A DNA stretch of 64,000 nt from an uncultured Planctomycetales bacterium (GCA_964464475.1 CAYXGG010000002.1:9322-73321), one strand, 5' to 3'. Shown: positions 1 to 11,011, counted from the stretch's first letter. Made by a program: numbers and translations. Notes: generated by a model from the letters alone, not told the origin.

Positions 1-967
1 ATCCGCGAGTCGCCGATCCAAACCTCGCAATAGCGCTCCACCTCCTGCCAGAACAATACCACGATCAATCAAATCCGATGCTAATTCCGGAGGAGTATGT
101 TCCAAACAAGTTTTTGTTCCGTCCACGATAGCTTGAACTGGTTCAGACAAAGCTTCCCGTAATTCGACCGAAGTAATTGTGACTGTTTTCGGCAAACCGG
201 AAATCAAATCTCGCCCTCGGACATCCATGTTTAATTCTTCTTCTAGAGGATAAGCCGATCCGATTCGTATTTTAATTTCCTCAGCGGTACGTTCACCAAT
301 CAATAAATTATAAGTCTTACGTAGGTACTCCATGATGGAATTATCCATCTCATCCCCGGCGATTCGGATTGATTTAGCATAGACAAGATCCCCTAATGAA
401 ATCACCGCGAAATCGGTCGTCCCACCACCGATATCAATAATCATATTGCCAGCAGCCTCTTCCACCGGTAGCCCAACTCCCACCGCAGCTGCTTTAGGCT
501 GTTCAATAAGATCGACCGATCTAGCTCCGGCACGCTCAGCAGAATCACGCACCGCGCGCTTTTCTACCTCAGTAATTCCGGAAGGAATACCAATAACCAT
601 CGCCGGGCGAACCAAGACCCTCCGGTTATGCACTTTCTTAATAAAATGCTTAAGCATCTGTTCCGTGATATCAAAATCCGAAATAACACCATCCTTCATA
701 GGACGAATGGCAATAATATTTCCGGGAGTACGACCTAACATTTTCTTTGCGTCTTCGCCTACGGCGATGACCTGGCGAGTGTCTTTATGAATGGCAACAA
801 CGGAAGGTTCCCGCAGGACGACCCCTTCTCCTTTGACATAAACCAAGGTATTGGCCGTTCCTAAATCAATCCCCATGTCATTAGAGAAAAGACCGAGAAA
901 ATAATCAATGATTTGCTTGCCAACTTTGCTAAATCTTGGCAGGTGGCGCGACCCTTTAAGTAATTCC
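1..967 (-). CDS. mreB: Rod-shape-determining protein MreB (actin-like ATPase); 3' end runs off the window
   Basis: The reverse-strand translation reads [21 protein letters not shown] ... [16 protein letters not shown] ... GGGTTD, an actin-fold pattern typical of MreB. The first ATG, at 965-967, gives MELLKG. The N-terminus may be shorter than called. Confidence 0.8.
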
Positions 968-1040
968 ATAAAATCCTATTGTTTGAATAATCAGGGTGGT
1001 TTTGTATTGGTCGCTATATTAGTGAAAAGGCAGAATAATG

Positions 1041-2336
1041 TCAACGTATTTTTCGGCAGGAACCGGGCGGCAGAAGGCATTGCATATCGTCGACAAAATC
1101 CGGGTAAGATTTGTGGGTACAATCTATATCTTTAATCTTTACACCAAGTTTTAAGCCTAAAATACTAAAAGCCATGGCCAAACGGTGATCATTATGAGGA
1201 TCCAGCGACTGATGATGAAGATATTCCGACTGTGGATAAATAGTCATAGAACTTCGTTGCGTTTCAATCCTGGCGCCGACTTTTTTTAGTTCTCTTGTTA
1301 GATCACCAATCCGATCGGACTCTTTGACTCGGGCATGAGCAATGTCCTTTAAGCGCGTTTTCCCTTTGGCAAACATCGCGGCGACCGCCATGATCGGCAC
1401 CAAATCCGGACAATCCTTTAAAGAAAAATCGCCCCCTCTTAAGTTAAAAGGCCCGCATAGCACTAAACTCCGGGAAGTTTTCTTCCAACGCATTCCCATA
1501 GAACGCAAAAAACCCAAAATAGCCCCATCGGCTTGAACCGCATTGTCCTGCAAACTACCACCGAGCGTCACTCTGGAATCCAGCAGAGCCGCCGCAACCA
1601 TAAAGAAAGCCGCTAGACCATAATCGCTTGGCACAACATAATTTTTTAATCCACCAAAAATCTGACCACCTGGTATCAAGATATGTTTCTTATCTCGTAA
1701 CATTACCTTAACTCCTGCCCTGGCTAAGATCTGTCGCGTCATCGTGATATACGTCTCTGACACAAGGCTCTTCCCAATGATGGTCAGTCGCGTATTTTGT
1801 GGCAACTGCGGACACGCGATTAAAAGTGCCGATATAAATTGAGAACTTAAACTACCGTCAATACGAATTTCCCCTCCCTGCAAGCGCCCTCCCCGCAAAT
1901 AAATCGGCACACTTTGATTAGGACCAGTGCCTTCAATCTGCACTCCTTGCTTACGCAACGCCTCAATCAGAAAGGTATTCGGTCGACCTTTAAGCGACCC
2001 TTCCCCAAAAACAGTAGCTCTACGCTCCTCCAACGCCAAAAGCGGCAAAAGAAATCTTAATACCGTACCCGATTCTTTAACGTTAAGTCGTTTTAATCTA
2101 ACCTGAGAGGCATGAGCACGAATCGCAAAGTTCCTCTTTCCTCGGGCAGTTACTTTCGCTCCCAAGGCTTGCGCCATTCGCTGGGCGACCAGCGCGTCAT
2201 CGCAATTGGATGGGTTAATTAATTGCGACGATCCACCGCAAGCGGCGATCATAAAAGCTCGGATGGAATAAGATTTTGAAGCAGGCAAGACGATGGAACC
2301 GCACAAAGCTTCCACCGGACGAACAACTAAATTCAT
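1041..2336 (-). CDS. aroA: 3-phosphoshikimate 1-carboxyvinyltransferase (EPSP synthase)
   Basis: The 431-aa product has an LPASKSYSIRA N-terminal motif, a DHRLAMAF motif and EPSP-synthase length. Its start overlaps the upstream stop as ATGA. Confidence 0.9.
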   Translation of the reverse strand: MNLVVRPVEALCGSIVLPASKSYSIRAFMIAACGGSSQLINPSNCDDALVAQRMAQALGAKVTARGKRNFAIRAHASQVRLKRLNVKESGTVLRFLLPLLALEERRATVFGEGSLKGRPNTFLIEALRKQGVQIEGTGPNQSVPIYLRGGRLQGGEIRIDGSLSSQFISALLIACPQLPQNTRLTIIGKSLVSETYITMTRQILARAGVKVMLRDKKHILIPGGQIFGGLKNYVVPSDYGLAAFFMVAAALLDSRVTLGGSLQDNAVQADGAILGFLRSMGMRWKKTSRSLVLCGPFNLRGGDFSLKDCPDLVPIMAVAAMFAKGKTRLKDIAHARVKESDRIGDLTRELKKVGARIETQRSSMTIYPQSEYLHHQSLDPHNDHRLAMAFSILGLKLGVKIKDIDCTHKSYPDFVDDMQCLLPPGSCRKIR

Positions 2337-3265
2337 TTTTTTATGGAGATAATATCGTTCTTGCGGACTTTTTGACTGGAAAAAGGTGGAATAAAATCGG
2401 CGGCCGCCATATCCGACTGGACTTTAGAAACTTTCACATCCCCAAGATAATTTTGATCTCGGTAGATCGACATGACGGTTCCCGCGTCAACTCCGTCTTT
2501 CTTTCCCAAATCAAAAATAATGAAATCATTTTCTTTATCAACACTCAGAATGCGCCCCTCGATGTCACTGGCAACGGCATTCCCAACAAAAATTTTCTCA
2601 AGTTGAATAGCCGGCGAGGAGCTGGCCAATGTTTCTCGACGATTATAATCAACGCGCGAAGACTGCGGCACGGACTGTGTTGAAGGAGCTGAAAAAAGCT
2701 CGGAAGAAGGAAGCTCTCCACCGGAGGCTCCGGCGGGTGCTGAATCCACAGGAACCGTCGAAGGAGCAGACGCACCGGGCTGCCGTGCCTGCTCTTCCAA
2801 AGAGCGCAATTTGGATTCAATTTCATCCCGCAACTTTTTTTCACTGGCGACTTGAGATTCCAATTCTGCCACGCGCTTCTTGGCGGCTTCTAACTGTTCT
2901 CCCACTTCCTGACGTATTTTTTCTTTGGCCTGAGTTTCACTTTCCAAAGCCTCTTTGAGCGTAGCATTTTCTTCTTTGATCTGGTCTCTAACTCCATCGG
3001 CCAGTTCTTTCTCCGCACGCAAATCATTCATCGCCTCATCGGCCTCTTTCAATTTTTCTTCAACCAAAAATTGCTGTTTCTTAGCCTCTTTTAACTCAGC
3101 TTGCAATTTTGCTTCCGTAGCACGACTTTGTTCTAAATTCATCTCCGCCAACTTACGCAGCTCACTCTCTTTATGAAAATAAAATACGGCGATGACCGAT
3201 AAAGCCAGCAATAGGATGGAAATTAAGACGAGGAAAATCGTGAGAGTCTTCCCGCTTTTACTCAT
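2333..3265 (-). CDS. Hypothetical membrane-anchored coiled-coil protein
   Basis: The start MSKSGK sits behind an AAGGAGAA RBS (3271-3278 on the reverse strand). It has one N-terminal TM helix, a long E/K-rich coiled coil of about 150 aa, and a small C-terminal beta-rich domain. I did not recognise a family. Confidence 0.5.
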   Translation of the reverse strand: MSKSGKTLTIFLVLISILLLALSVIAVFYFHKESELRKLAEMNLEQSRATEAKLQAELKEAKKQQFLVEEKLKEADEAMNDLRAEKELADGVRDQIKEENATLKEALESETQAKEKIRQEVGEQLEAAKKRVAELESQVASEKKLRDEIESKLRSLEEQARQPGASAPSTVPVDSAPAGASGGELPSSELFSAPSTQSVPQSSRVDYNRRETLASSSPAIQLEKIFVGNAVASDIEGRILSVDKENDFIIFDLGKKDGVDAGTVMSIYRDQNYLGDVKVSKVQSDMAAADFIPPFSSQKVRKNDIISIKK

Positions 3266-3373
3266 GAATGTTCTCCTTTGTGAGTAAAGACGCACCTGTT
3301 ATCGTAAGTTAATCAAATTATATTTTAATTAACAGACGAGTAAAGCTAAATTCTAATTATTTAACCTTTAACT

Positions 3374-4279
3374 TTATTCCGGCAGGAAGAATTCGGACGG
3401 TGGACGGCAAGAAAACTCAAGATACCGGGTTGTTCCGGGATGAAAAAACCCTAACCCCTGGGCATGCAGGGCTAATCTAGGAAAAGTTTCCTTACGTCCA
3501 TATTTGTCATCACCCAAAATAGGATGGCCCAGGTACGCCATGTGGACTCGCAACTGATGCGTGCGCCCCGTTTTGGGAAAAAGTGAAACCAAGGTGCAAT
3601 GTTTATAGCGTTTGTCAACGGCGTAAAATGTTTTCGCTTTGCGGGCCTCCCCCTCGGCCGCGATAGCGACCTTATCGTGATAACGGGGATGTTTGCCCAA
3701 AGACGCATCAATCACCCCTTCATCAAACTGAACGTGACCTTCCACCAACGCAATATATTTTTTGCGAACAATTCTTTTTTCAAACTGCCGGCTTAAATTG
3801 ACATGCGTTTTGTCATTTTTAGCCACCACCATCAACCCAGAAGTTTCGCGATCGAGCCGATGAACAATGCCAGGCCTAATGGCTGAGTTTACTTGGGATA
3901 GCTGATCACGACAGTGATAGAGTAAAGCGTTGACCAGTGTCCCAGAATAAGTTCCGGAAGCAGGATGAACGATCATTCCAACGGGTTTATTAATGACTAA
4001 CAAGTCGTCATCTTCAAAAAAAATATCCAATGGAATGTTCTCGGCAGCCAAGTCATCCCAAGGCTGCTCGATCTCATCAGGAAAATCAACGTCGATCCGG
4101 TCTTGCCCATAAACCTTTTGATTCGGCTTCTTGATCTGCCCATTGACCAAAACTTTCCCTTCCTTAATCAAATCTTGAACAAAATTCCGAGACGGGACGT
4201 CCGGAATTGATTGGGCGAGAAAAATGTCGAGTCGCTTACCGTGAAACTCGCTGGCGACGTTGTAAGATAATTTCGGCAT
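3374..4279 (-). CDS. rluD: RluA/RluD-family 23S rRNA pseudouridine synthase
   Basis: It has an S4-like N-terminus and the HRLDRETSGLMVVAKN catalytic aspartate motif. The start MPKLSYNV was chosen at 4279, with the first ATG after the upstream lgt stop. Confidence 0.8.
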   Translation of the reverse strand: MPKLSYNVASEFHGKRLDIFLAQSIPDVPSRNFVQDLIKEGKVLVNGQIKKPNQKVYGQDRIDVDFPDEIEQPWDDLAAENIPLDIFFEDDDLLVINKPVGMIVHPASGTYSGTLVNALLYHCRDQLSQVNSAIRPGIVHRLDRETSGLMVVAKNDKTHVNLSRQFEKRIVRKKYIALVEGHVQFDEGVIDASLGKHPRYHDKVAIAAEGEARKAKTFYAVDKRYKHCTLVSLFPKTGRTHQLRVHMAYLGHPILGDDKYGRKETFPRLALHAQGLGFFHPGTTRYLEFSCRPPSEFFLPE

Positions 4280-4976
4280 AAAAAGCCCCTGCAAAAAGAA
4301 ACAAACACACCCATTGAAATATACTGATTCCGCTCGCCGGATCACCATGATCACCGCGAAAAAATTCGTTACCAAAGCGAATCAGGGCCGCGAATTTTAC
4401 ATAATTAATAAAAACTTGCCCTTCGTATTTCACCACACGAAAACTTTTCTTTAACAAGAAAAAAAGCGCAACCAACGCGAAAGATTCATACAATTGTGTA
4501 GGATGAACATGTTGCTGCAACGATGGGAAGTAAATTCCCCAAGCAACTGGCCGACCATAACAGCAACCGTTCAAAAAACAGCCAATCCTCCCGATCGCGT
4601 GCCCTAAGGCGATATATGGGGCGACCGTATCCAAAACCTTTCCCACGGGTAACCGTTTCTGACGGATGAATATCACCGCCGTCAAGAATCCACTGATCAA
4701 GCCTCCCTGAAACGCCAAACCTCCGTGCTGCAGCATGACAATCTCACTGGGGTTATTAATAAAAAATTTTAAATTTAAGAAAATATAAAAAACCCTAGCT
4801 CCGGCGATTCCCAGAATAACCACCCAAAAAACAAAATCCGCCAGGACATCCGGATCTAAATTTCTTGCTGGCGCTTCTCGACGCAAAAAATACACGCACA
4901 CCAAGACCGCGACGGCTAACATCAAACCGTAGGAATAAACCGTCACCGGGCCTATTTGGCAGAGTACGGGATACAT
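4236..4976 (-). CDS. lgt: Prolipoprotein diacylglyceryl transferase
   Basis: It is a multi-TM protein with the Lgt signature GRIGCFLNGCCYGRP. Confidence 0.85.
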   Translation of the reverse strand: MYPVLCQIGPVTVYSYGLMLAVAVLVCVYFLRREAPARNLDPDVLADFVFWVVILGIAGARVFYIFLNLKFFINNPSEIVMLQHGGLAFQGGLISGFLTAVIFIRQKRLPVGKVLDTVAPYIALGHAIGRIGCFLNGCCYGRPVAWGIYFPSLQQHVHPTQLYESFALVALFFLLKKSFRVVKYEGQVFINYVKFAALIRFGNEFFRGDHGDPASGISIFQWVCLFLFAGAFYAEIILQRRQRVSR

Positions 4977-5431
4977 TTTAGGAGGATAATAATGGCTCCG
5001 ATGGTAATCGCGCTGTCCGCGATGTTGAACACCGGCCAGATGCGGAAATCAATAAAATCAATGACGTACCCAAAATTGATCCGATCAATAAGATTGCCGA
5101 TAGCCCCGCCGAGGATAAGCGAAAACGCAACAATGTAAGTACGGCTTAGCGCTTTATGATTATGATAGTAGTAAATATTAAAAACCAACAAAACGATGGC
5201 GATCAACGGAATAATGATAAAGACAATCCCCTTGTCTTTAAATAACCCGAACGCGATCCCCGTGTTATGCACGAGCGTCATGTGCAAAACATTACGAATG
5301 ATCGGCCAGGATTCTCCGATTTCCAACGCTTGGGAAAAATAAATTTTGGTAAGACGATCTAAAATCGTGACGAACGCGACGGAAAAAAGGGAAAGAAAAA
5401 TATCGAATTGCGTGCGGACCGATTCTTTCAT
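4952..5431 (-). CDS. lspA: Lipoprotein signal peptidase II
   Basis: It has four TM helices and the FNIADSAITIGA motif. The start was chosen at MKESV to give a 4-nt overlap with the upstream gene. Confidence 0.85.
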   Translation of the reverse strand: MKESVRTQFDIFLSLFSVAFVTILDRLTKIYFSQALEIGESWPIIRNVLHMTLVHNTGIAFGLFKDKGIVFIIIPLIAIVLLVFNIYYYHNHKALSRTYIVAFSLILGGAIGNLIDRINFGYVIDFIDFRIWPVFNIADSAITIGAIIILLKCIPYSAK

Positions 5432-5811
5432 CGGCGAGCTTCTAACTTCTCCTGGCACTTAAGGCATGTTTCGGTATACGGAATCGCTTTTAGCCTGATC
5501 TGAGCAATCAACTTTTGACATTCGGAACATAACCCAAACGTTTTATCTTCGATACGCTTAAGGGCCATCTCCACTTTTTGTAGTAACTCACGATCATTGG
5601 ACGCAAGTCCTAACGCGAATTCACGATCATACATGTCACTAGCCACATCCGCCATGTGTAAAGCGTGCCCAGACACATCCCCCTGGTTGTTGCCTTTGTC
5701 GGAGTTTTCCGAAGCCATCTGCTTAATATCGTAAGAAAGATCTTCTTTGATCTTAAGCAGTAATTTTTTAAATTGATCCAACGTCTTCTTGTCTAATTTC
5801 TTATCTGGCAT
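5428..5811 (-). CDS. DksA/TraR-family C4 zinc-finger protein
   Basis: There is a coiled-coil N-terminal region, and the C-terminus carries CSECQ ... CLKCQ, four cysteines in two CxxC pairs. It sits between ileS and lspA. Confidence 0.7.
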   Translation of the reverse strand: MPDKKLDKKTLDQFKKLLLKIKEDLSYDIKQMASENSDKGNNQGDVSGHALHMADVASDMYDREFALGLASNDRELLQKVEMALKRIEDKTFGLCSECQKLIAQIRLKAIPYTETCLKCQEKLEARR

Positions 5812-8623
5812 TCATTATCTCCTTTACACTAGCAACACACCGGCCACAAAGCGTAGGGTGCTCTGCGTGCTGGCCAACATCTGAAACATAATTCCAACAA
5901 CGGGCGCACTTATGTCCGTCCGCCTTCTCAATCACAAGCTCCGTTTGCGAAAAAGCTTCACCAATCGGATGAGTAACGCCGGATACATGCTGCGCGTCTA
6001 CTTGCGACACTATAAAAAAGAACGCCAAAAAATCTCGATGCTTCTGAAATTCTTCCCAATCACGGTCAGAGGTAGTGCGCAGAATGACTTTTGCCTCCAG
6101 CGCTCCCCCGATTTCACCAGCGCGACGCTTTTCTTCCAAAGCTTTTAAAACAAACGGCCTTAACTCCAACAATAACTGCAACTCTTCATGCGCGGCAACA
6201 GCGCGAAACGCCATGGGGATATTAGGCCACTCCAGGAGATGAACGCTGAGGATTTTTACCAGAGAGGCCGGCTTGGGCATCACTTGAAAAATCTCTTCCG
6301 CTGTAAAACTTAAAATCGGAGCGACGAGCCTGACTAATCCGTCGACCAAATAATATAGTACTGTCTGCGCGGATTTTCTATTCTGGGAAAAAACGGGGGC
6401 AGTATACAGTCGATCTTTTAGGATGTCAAGATAAATGCTGGAGAGGTCCTCATTACAGAACAAATAAATCGCTTTGTAGACCCTAGAAAAATCATACGCC
6501 TCATACCCGGCCTTTACTTCATCCGTCAGCATCGCCAAGCGATATAACGCCCACCGGTCAATCGGCCACAAATCCTGATAAGCCACCTCATCCTGGCCGG
6601 GTTTAAACCCATCGAGATTCCCTAACATGAAACGAAACGTATTACGAATCTTACGGTAAGCGTCGATCAAGCGATCCAAGATTTCTTTCGAGACTCTGAT
6701 ATCTTCATTATAACTACTAGAAGCCACCCACAATCTCAGAATCTCAGCGCCACTATCCTTAATAATATCTTGGGGGGCAACGACATTACCTAAAGACTTA
6801 GACATCTTTCTTCCCTGACCGTCCACAACAAAACCATGTGTCAAAACCGCCTTATAAGGCGGACGCTCGTCAATGGCCAAAGAAGGAATAATCGAAGATT
6901 GAAACCATCCGCGATGCTGATCAGATCCTTCCAAATAAAGATCCGCCGGCAAAGGAACTTTCAATAAGGTATGAAAGACCGCCTGGTGACTGACCCCCGA
7001 ATCAAACCATACATCCAAAATGTCCGCCGTTTTCTTAAATTCATTCTGTCCACAATCTGGACATTTAAACTCCCGTGGGAGTAACTCCTGCAAATCGGCG
7101 CTAAACCAAACATCACTTCCCTCCGCCTTGGCTCTCTGCGCAAAGGACTCAATCACGTCGGCAAACAATTTATGCGCTCCCCCACAACCAACACATTCGA
7201 CGGCCGGAATGGGTACGCCCCAGAGCCGTTGCCGAGAAAGGCACCAATCCGGGCGTGTCGTCAGCATCCCCAAAATTCTTTCCTGACCTTCCGCGGGTAT
7301 CCATTCTACTTCTTTCTGCGCCGCAGTCATCAAGCGTGAACGTAACTCTTCGTGCTCCACATTTAAAAACCACTGCTCCGTCGCGCGAAAAATAATCGGT
7401 TTTTTACAGCGCCAGCAGTGCGGATAAGAATGGGTAATGGCTGCCTGAGCAAATAAAGTACCCCGTTCCGTCAAATCCGCTAGAATGCGTTCGTTAGCTT
7501 TAAACACATGTTGCCCGGCGTAGGGACCTGCTTTTTCAGTATAAACTCCCCGATCATTGACCGGCATCAGGACCGGCAAATGATTGGCAAGTCCAGCCCG
7601 AAAATCATCTTGCCCATGCCCTGGGGCGGTGTGCACCAATCCAGTTCCATCTTCTCTAGTTACGTAATCGACGAGAACAACCGTACATTTTTCAAGAACA
7701 TCAAAGGGATGCTTATAAGTAAAATTCGCCAGCTCGCTACCCATCACTTCAAACAATGGTGTTTCCTTTAAGAAACCCGTATTTTTTAGATTCAATTGAA
7801 ATCTAGATTTCTCTATGACGAGAATCTTATCCCCTTCTTTTTCTTCGACAAAAACGTATGTAAACTCAGGATGCACTGCCACCGCGACATTCGCCAACAA
7901 TGTCCATGGCGTCGTGGTCCAAATTAACAAAAATACGGGTTTCCCTGACGGCAATTTTGCCAAAGCTTGGGGATTATTGACTTTAAATTTCACATATACC
8001 GACGGGGAAGTATGGTTCTCATATTCGACTTCCGCCTCGGCCAAAGCCGTTTCGCACGTAAAACACCAGTTTACCGGCTTAAGCCCACGATAAATAAACC
8101 CTTTACGATTCAACGCCGCCAATGATTTTAAAATCCAGTACTCGTAATCCTTGGCCAGGGTCAGATACGGCTGCTCCCAATCCCCTAAAACTCCCAAACG
8201 TTTAAATTCTTCTCGCTGGATCCCCACAAATTTCATTGCGTAATCATGGGCTTGTCGACGAAAATTTCCCACTTCAACTTTAGATTTATCCGTCTTTAAA
8301 TCCTTAAAAAGCTGATGCTCAATCGGCAATCCATGGCAATCCCATCCGGGAACATAGGGTGCGTCAAATCCCTGCATGGTTTTATATTTGACCACCATGT
8401 CTTTCAAAATTTTATTGAGCGCATGACCAATATGAATGTGTCCGTTGGCATAGGGTGGGCCATCGTGCAAAACATACGTGGGCTTACCAGCCCGAGCCCG
8501 ACGAATTTCCTGATATAACCGCAGGTTCTCCCAAAACGCCAACAGCTGGGGTTCACGCTGTGCCAAATTGGCTTTCATGGCAAAGTCGGTTTTGGGTAAA
8601 TTTAAAGTATGCTGATAACTCAT
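5801..8623 (-). CDS. ileS: Isoleucyl-tRNA synthetase
   Basis: The 940-aa product has HIGH (PYANGHIHIGH) and KMSKS motifs, and a C-terminal zinc ribbon (CARCWNY ... CGRC). Confidence 0.95.
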   Translation of the reverse strand: MSYQHTLNLPKTDFAMKANLAQREPQLLAFWENLRLYQEIRRARAGKPTYVLHDGPPYANGHIHIGHALNKILKDMVVKYKTMQGFDAPYVPGWDCHGLPIEHQLFKDLKTDKSKVEVGNFRRQAHDYAMKFVGIQREEFKRLGVLGDWEQPYLTLAKDYEYWILKSLAALNRKGFIYRGLKPVNWCFTCETALAEAEVEYENHTSPSVYVKFKVNNPQALAKLPSGKPVFLLIWTTTPWTLLANVAVAVHPEFTYVFVEEKEGDKILVIEKSRFQLNLKNTGFLKETPLFEVMGSELANFTYKHPFDVLEKCTVVLVDYVTREDGTGLVHTAPGHGQDDFRAGLANHLPVLMPVNDRGVYTEKAGPYAGQHVFKANERILADLTERGTLFAQAAITHSYPHCWRCKKPIIFRATEQWFLNVEHEELRSRLMTAAQKEVEWIPAEGQERILGMLTTRPDWCLSRQRLWGVPIPAVECVGCGGAHKLFADVIESFAQRAKAEGSDVWFSADLQELLPREFKCPDCGQNEFKKTADILDVWFDSGVSHQAVFHTLLKVPLPADLYLEGSDQHRGWFQSSIIPSLAIDERPPYKAVLTHGFVVDGQGRKMSKSLGNVVAPQDIIKDSGAEILRLWVASSSYNEDIRVSKEILDRLIDAYRKIRNTFRFMLGNLDGFKPGQDEVAYQDLWPIDRWALYRLAMLTDEVKAGYEAYDFSRVYKAIYLFCNEDLSSIYLDILKDRLYTAPVFSQNRKSAQTVLYYLVDGLVRLVAPILSFTAEEIFQVMPKPASLVKILSVHLLEWPNIPMAFRAVAAHEELQLLLELRPFVLKALEEKRRAGEIGGALEAKVILRTTSDRDWEEFQKHRDFLAFFFIVSQVDAQHVSGVTHPIGEAFSQTELVIEKADGHKCARCWNYVSDVGQHAEHPTLCGRCVASVKEIMNAR

Positions 8624-8641
8624 GGGGGATCTGGGAATAAT

Positions 8642-9502
8642 TTATTTGATGTACTTACTGATAAGCAGCTGCAAATCTTTTCTGGCTTCCTCGGCCATAT
8701 GTTCTTTTTGAGTAATAATGGCGTATTTTAAAGCGTCGGCAGCACTAAAAGCAGTCAATGCGCCAATACGTGGGATGGCAGTCTTTAAAATCATTTTGGC
8801 GTTTTCAACATTACGCCGCAAATAATCAATAATCATTTCTACCGTGACGGATTCATGCGCTTCGTGCCAACAATCATAATCGGTGACAGCCGCGAGAGTG
8901 GCGTAAGAAATTTCCGCCTCGCGGGCTAACTTGGCCTCCACCATGTTGGTCATCCCAATGATGTCCATCCCCCAGCTACGATATAACCGCGATTCCGCTT
9001 TGGTCGAAAACTGCGGACCTTCCATGTTGATATAGGTTCCCTTGGGATGAACATTCAACTTTAATTCTTTAGCGCTTTCGTACAAAATCTTAGCGATTTC
9101 CGGACTTACCGGATCAGCGAGCGCCACGTGAGCCACAATCCCATTATCAAAAAAAGTACTCGGCCGGGCCTGATGAGTTCGATCCACAAATTGGTCGGGA
9201 ACAACAAAATCCATGGGCTTCATGTCTTCACGCAAGCTGCCACATGCTGAAACGGAGACGATCGCTTCAACACCCAATTTCTTCATACCAAAGATATTGG
9301 CTCGATAATTAATTTTGGTTGGAGAAATCGTATGCCCGTGGCCGTGCCGCGGAAGAAAAACCACTTCCGTGCCAGCCAAATTTCCAATCTGAAATTTATC
9401 CGAAGGCATCCCAAAAGGAGTACCAATGGCCACAGCATCTTTTTTCTCTAATCCTTCAATGTTATAGAGTCCACTTCCACCGATAATGCCGACCTTAGCC
9501 AT
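8642..9502 (-). CDS. mtnP: S-methyl-5'-thioadenosine phosphorylase (PNP/MTAP family)
   Basis: It has the GIIGGSGL N-terminus, typical PNP-MTAP family length, and conserved TxPFG and MT(N)MVE motifs. Confidence 0.8.
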   Translation of the reverse strand: MAKVGIIGGSGLYNIEGLEKKDAVAIGTPFGMPSDKFQIGNLAGTEVVFLPRHGHGHTISPTKINYRANIFGMKKLGVEAIVSVSACGSLREDMKPMDFVVPDQFVDRTHQARPSTFFDNGIVAHVALADPVSPEIAKILYESAKELKLNVHPKGTYINMEGPQFSTKAESRLYRSWGMDIIGMTNMVEAKLAREAEISYATLAAVTDYDCWHEAHESVTVEMIIDYLRRNVENAKMILKTAIPRIGALTAFSAADALKYAIITQKEHMAEEARKDLQLLISKYIK

Positions 9503-9515
9503 AATTCACCTCGGG

Positions 9516-10304
9516 TTAGGATAAAGAAAGTTGTGCGGCCCGATGATGTGCCGCCGCGACCGCCTGAACGATGATTGCCTCAATGTTATTTTTCATAAAA
9601 ACTTCAGTCGCTGCTTGGGTAGTACCGCCTTTGGACGTGACTTTGACGCGCAGGGCTGCCGGATTTTCGTTACGCTGGGCTAGCAAATGAATGCTGCCCA
9701 AAAAAGTTTGCCGAACAAGCTGATCGGTTGTTCCTTCATCAAAACCCAATTCTCGCGCGGCCTTCGCCAAACACTCCATAAACAAAAATACATACGCCGG
9801 CCCGCTTCCGGATATCGCCGTAACCCCATCCAGCATTTTTTCCGGAAGTACGATCACTTGGCCGATATGCTCTAATAGTTTTACCGCTTTCTTTAAATCA
9901 CCCAATTTGGCAAACTTGCCTTGTGAAACAGCCGTCATCCCCTCTCCAATCAACGCCGGCAGGTTAGGCATCGTGCGAATAACCCGCGCACCAGGTGGTA
10001 ATGCTTTCTCTAAATAAGAAGTCGTCAATCCCGCTGCGATGGAAAGCAAGACTTTATTTTTGCTCCAGGCGGAACGGATTTCCTGCAACGCTTCACCCGC
10101 GTCCTGAGGCTTAACCGCGAGTAAAACAATATCCGATTGTCGAACGGTTGAAAAAATATCATAAGCCTTCACTCGATATTTTTTCTTTAAGAAAGCAACT
10201 CGGGCTGCCTCCTTTTCCGATACGGAGACCTGATATTGACGCCGAAGGCTGGCCAAAATCGCTTCTCCCATGTTGCCGCCGCCAATAATGCCGATCTTAA
10301 TCAT
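9516..10304 (-). CDS. proC: Pyrroline-5-carboxylate reductase
   Basis: It has the IGIIGGGNMGEAI Rossmann motif and P5CR length of 262 aa. Confidence 0.85.
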   Translation of the reverse strand: MIKIGIIGGGNMGEAILASLRRQYQVSVSEKEAARVAFLKKKYRVKAYDIFSTVRQSDIVLLAVKPQDAGEALQEIRSAWSKNKVLLSIAAGLTTSYLEKALPPGARVIRTMPNLPALIGEGMTAVSQGKFAKLGDLKKAVKLLEHIGQVIVLPEKMLDGVTAISGSGPAYVFLFMECLAKAARELGFDEGTTDQLVRQTFLGSIHLLAQRNENPAALRVKVTSKGGTTQAATEVFMKNNIEAIIVQAVAAAHHRAAQLSLS

Positions 10305-10321
10305 AATATCGTTGTTGGAGA

Positions 10322-11011
10322 TTACTCTTTGAATATGGCGCTTCCGATGCGCACCATGTTGGAGCCTTCCTGCAGCGCAATTTCCAGATCCTGAGACATT
10401 CCCATAGAAATGGTGCGCATTTGGATTTGAGAAGAACCTTTATATTGACTGGCAAGTTGCTCTTTAAATTTACGCAAATCCTTAAAACATTGCGCCACAA
10501 CTTGCTTATCGTCAGTAAACGGGGCCATGGCCATCACCCCCAGAACTCTTATGTGGGGCAAGGTGACGACTTGATCAAAGAAAGCCGTCACGTCTTCGGG
10601 CGCCAAGCCATATTTCTGTTCTTCGCGAGCGGTGTTAATTTGCACCAAAATGTCGGCCACGCGGTTGAGTTTTACAGCTTGCTTTTCAATCTCCTTAACG
10701 AGCTTTACCGAATCAACCGACTGAATGAGATCAAAAGCTTGCAGAGCGTCTTTGGCCTTATTCGATTGCAAATGACCAATTAAATGGCGGGTAACCGGCT
10801 TAGCGGAAGTCAACTGGGGATATTTACTTTCCCCTTCCTGGACTTTATTTTCCGCGACATGAGAAATACCGGCGAGAATGGCCTCATTAATCGCCTCCAC
10901 CGGCGCGAATTTGGTCACGCCGACTAAAGTAATTTCCTTTGGGTCGCGGCCAATTTTACGGCAGGTATCCGTGATTTTGTCAAAAACTCGTCTTACATTG
11001 TCCGAAATCAT
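10322..11011 (-). CDS. yggS: YggS-family pyridoxal-phosphate homeostasis protein
   Basis: It has the ITLVGVTK PLP-lysine motif in an alanine-racemase-N fold, and is 229 aa. Confidence 0.8.
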   Translation of the reverse strand: MISDNVRRVFDKITDTCRKIGRDPKEITLVGVTKFAPVEAINEAILAGISHVAENKVQEGESKYPQLTSAKPVTRHLIGHLQSNKAKDALQAFDLIQSVDSVKLVKEIEKQAVKLNRVADILVQINTAREEQKYGLAPEDVTAFFDQVVTLPHIRVLGVMAMAPFTDDKQVVAQCFKDLRKFKEQLASQYKGSSQIQMRTISMGMSQDLEIALQEGSNMVRIGSAIFKE

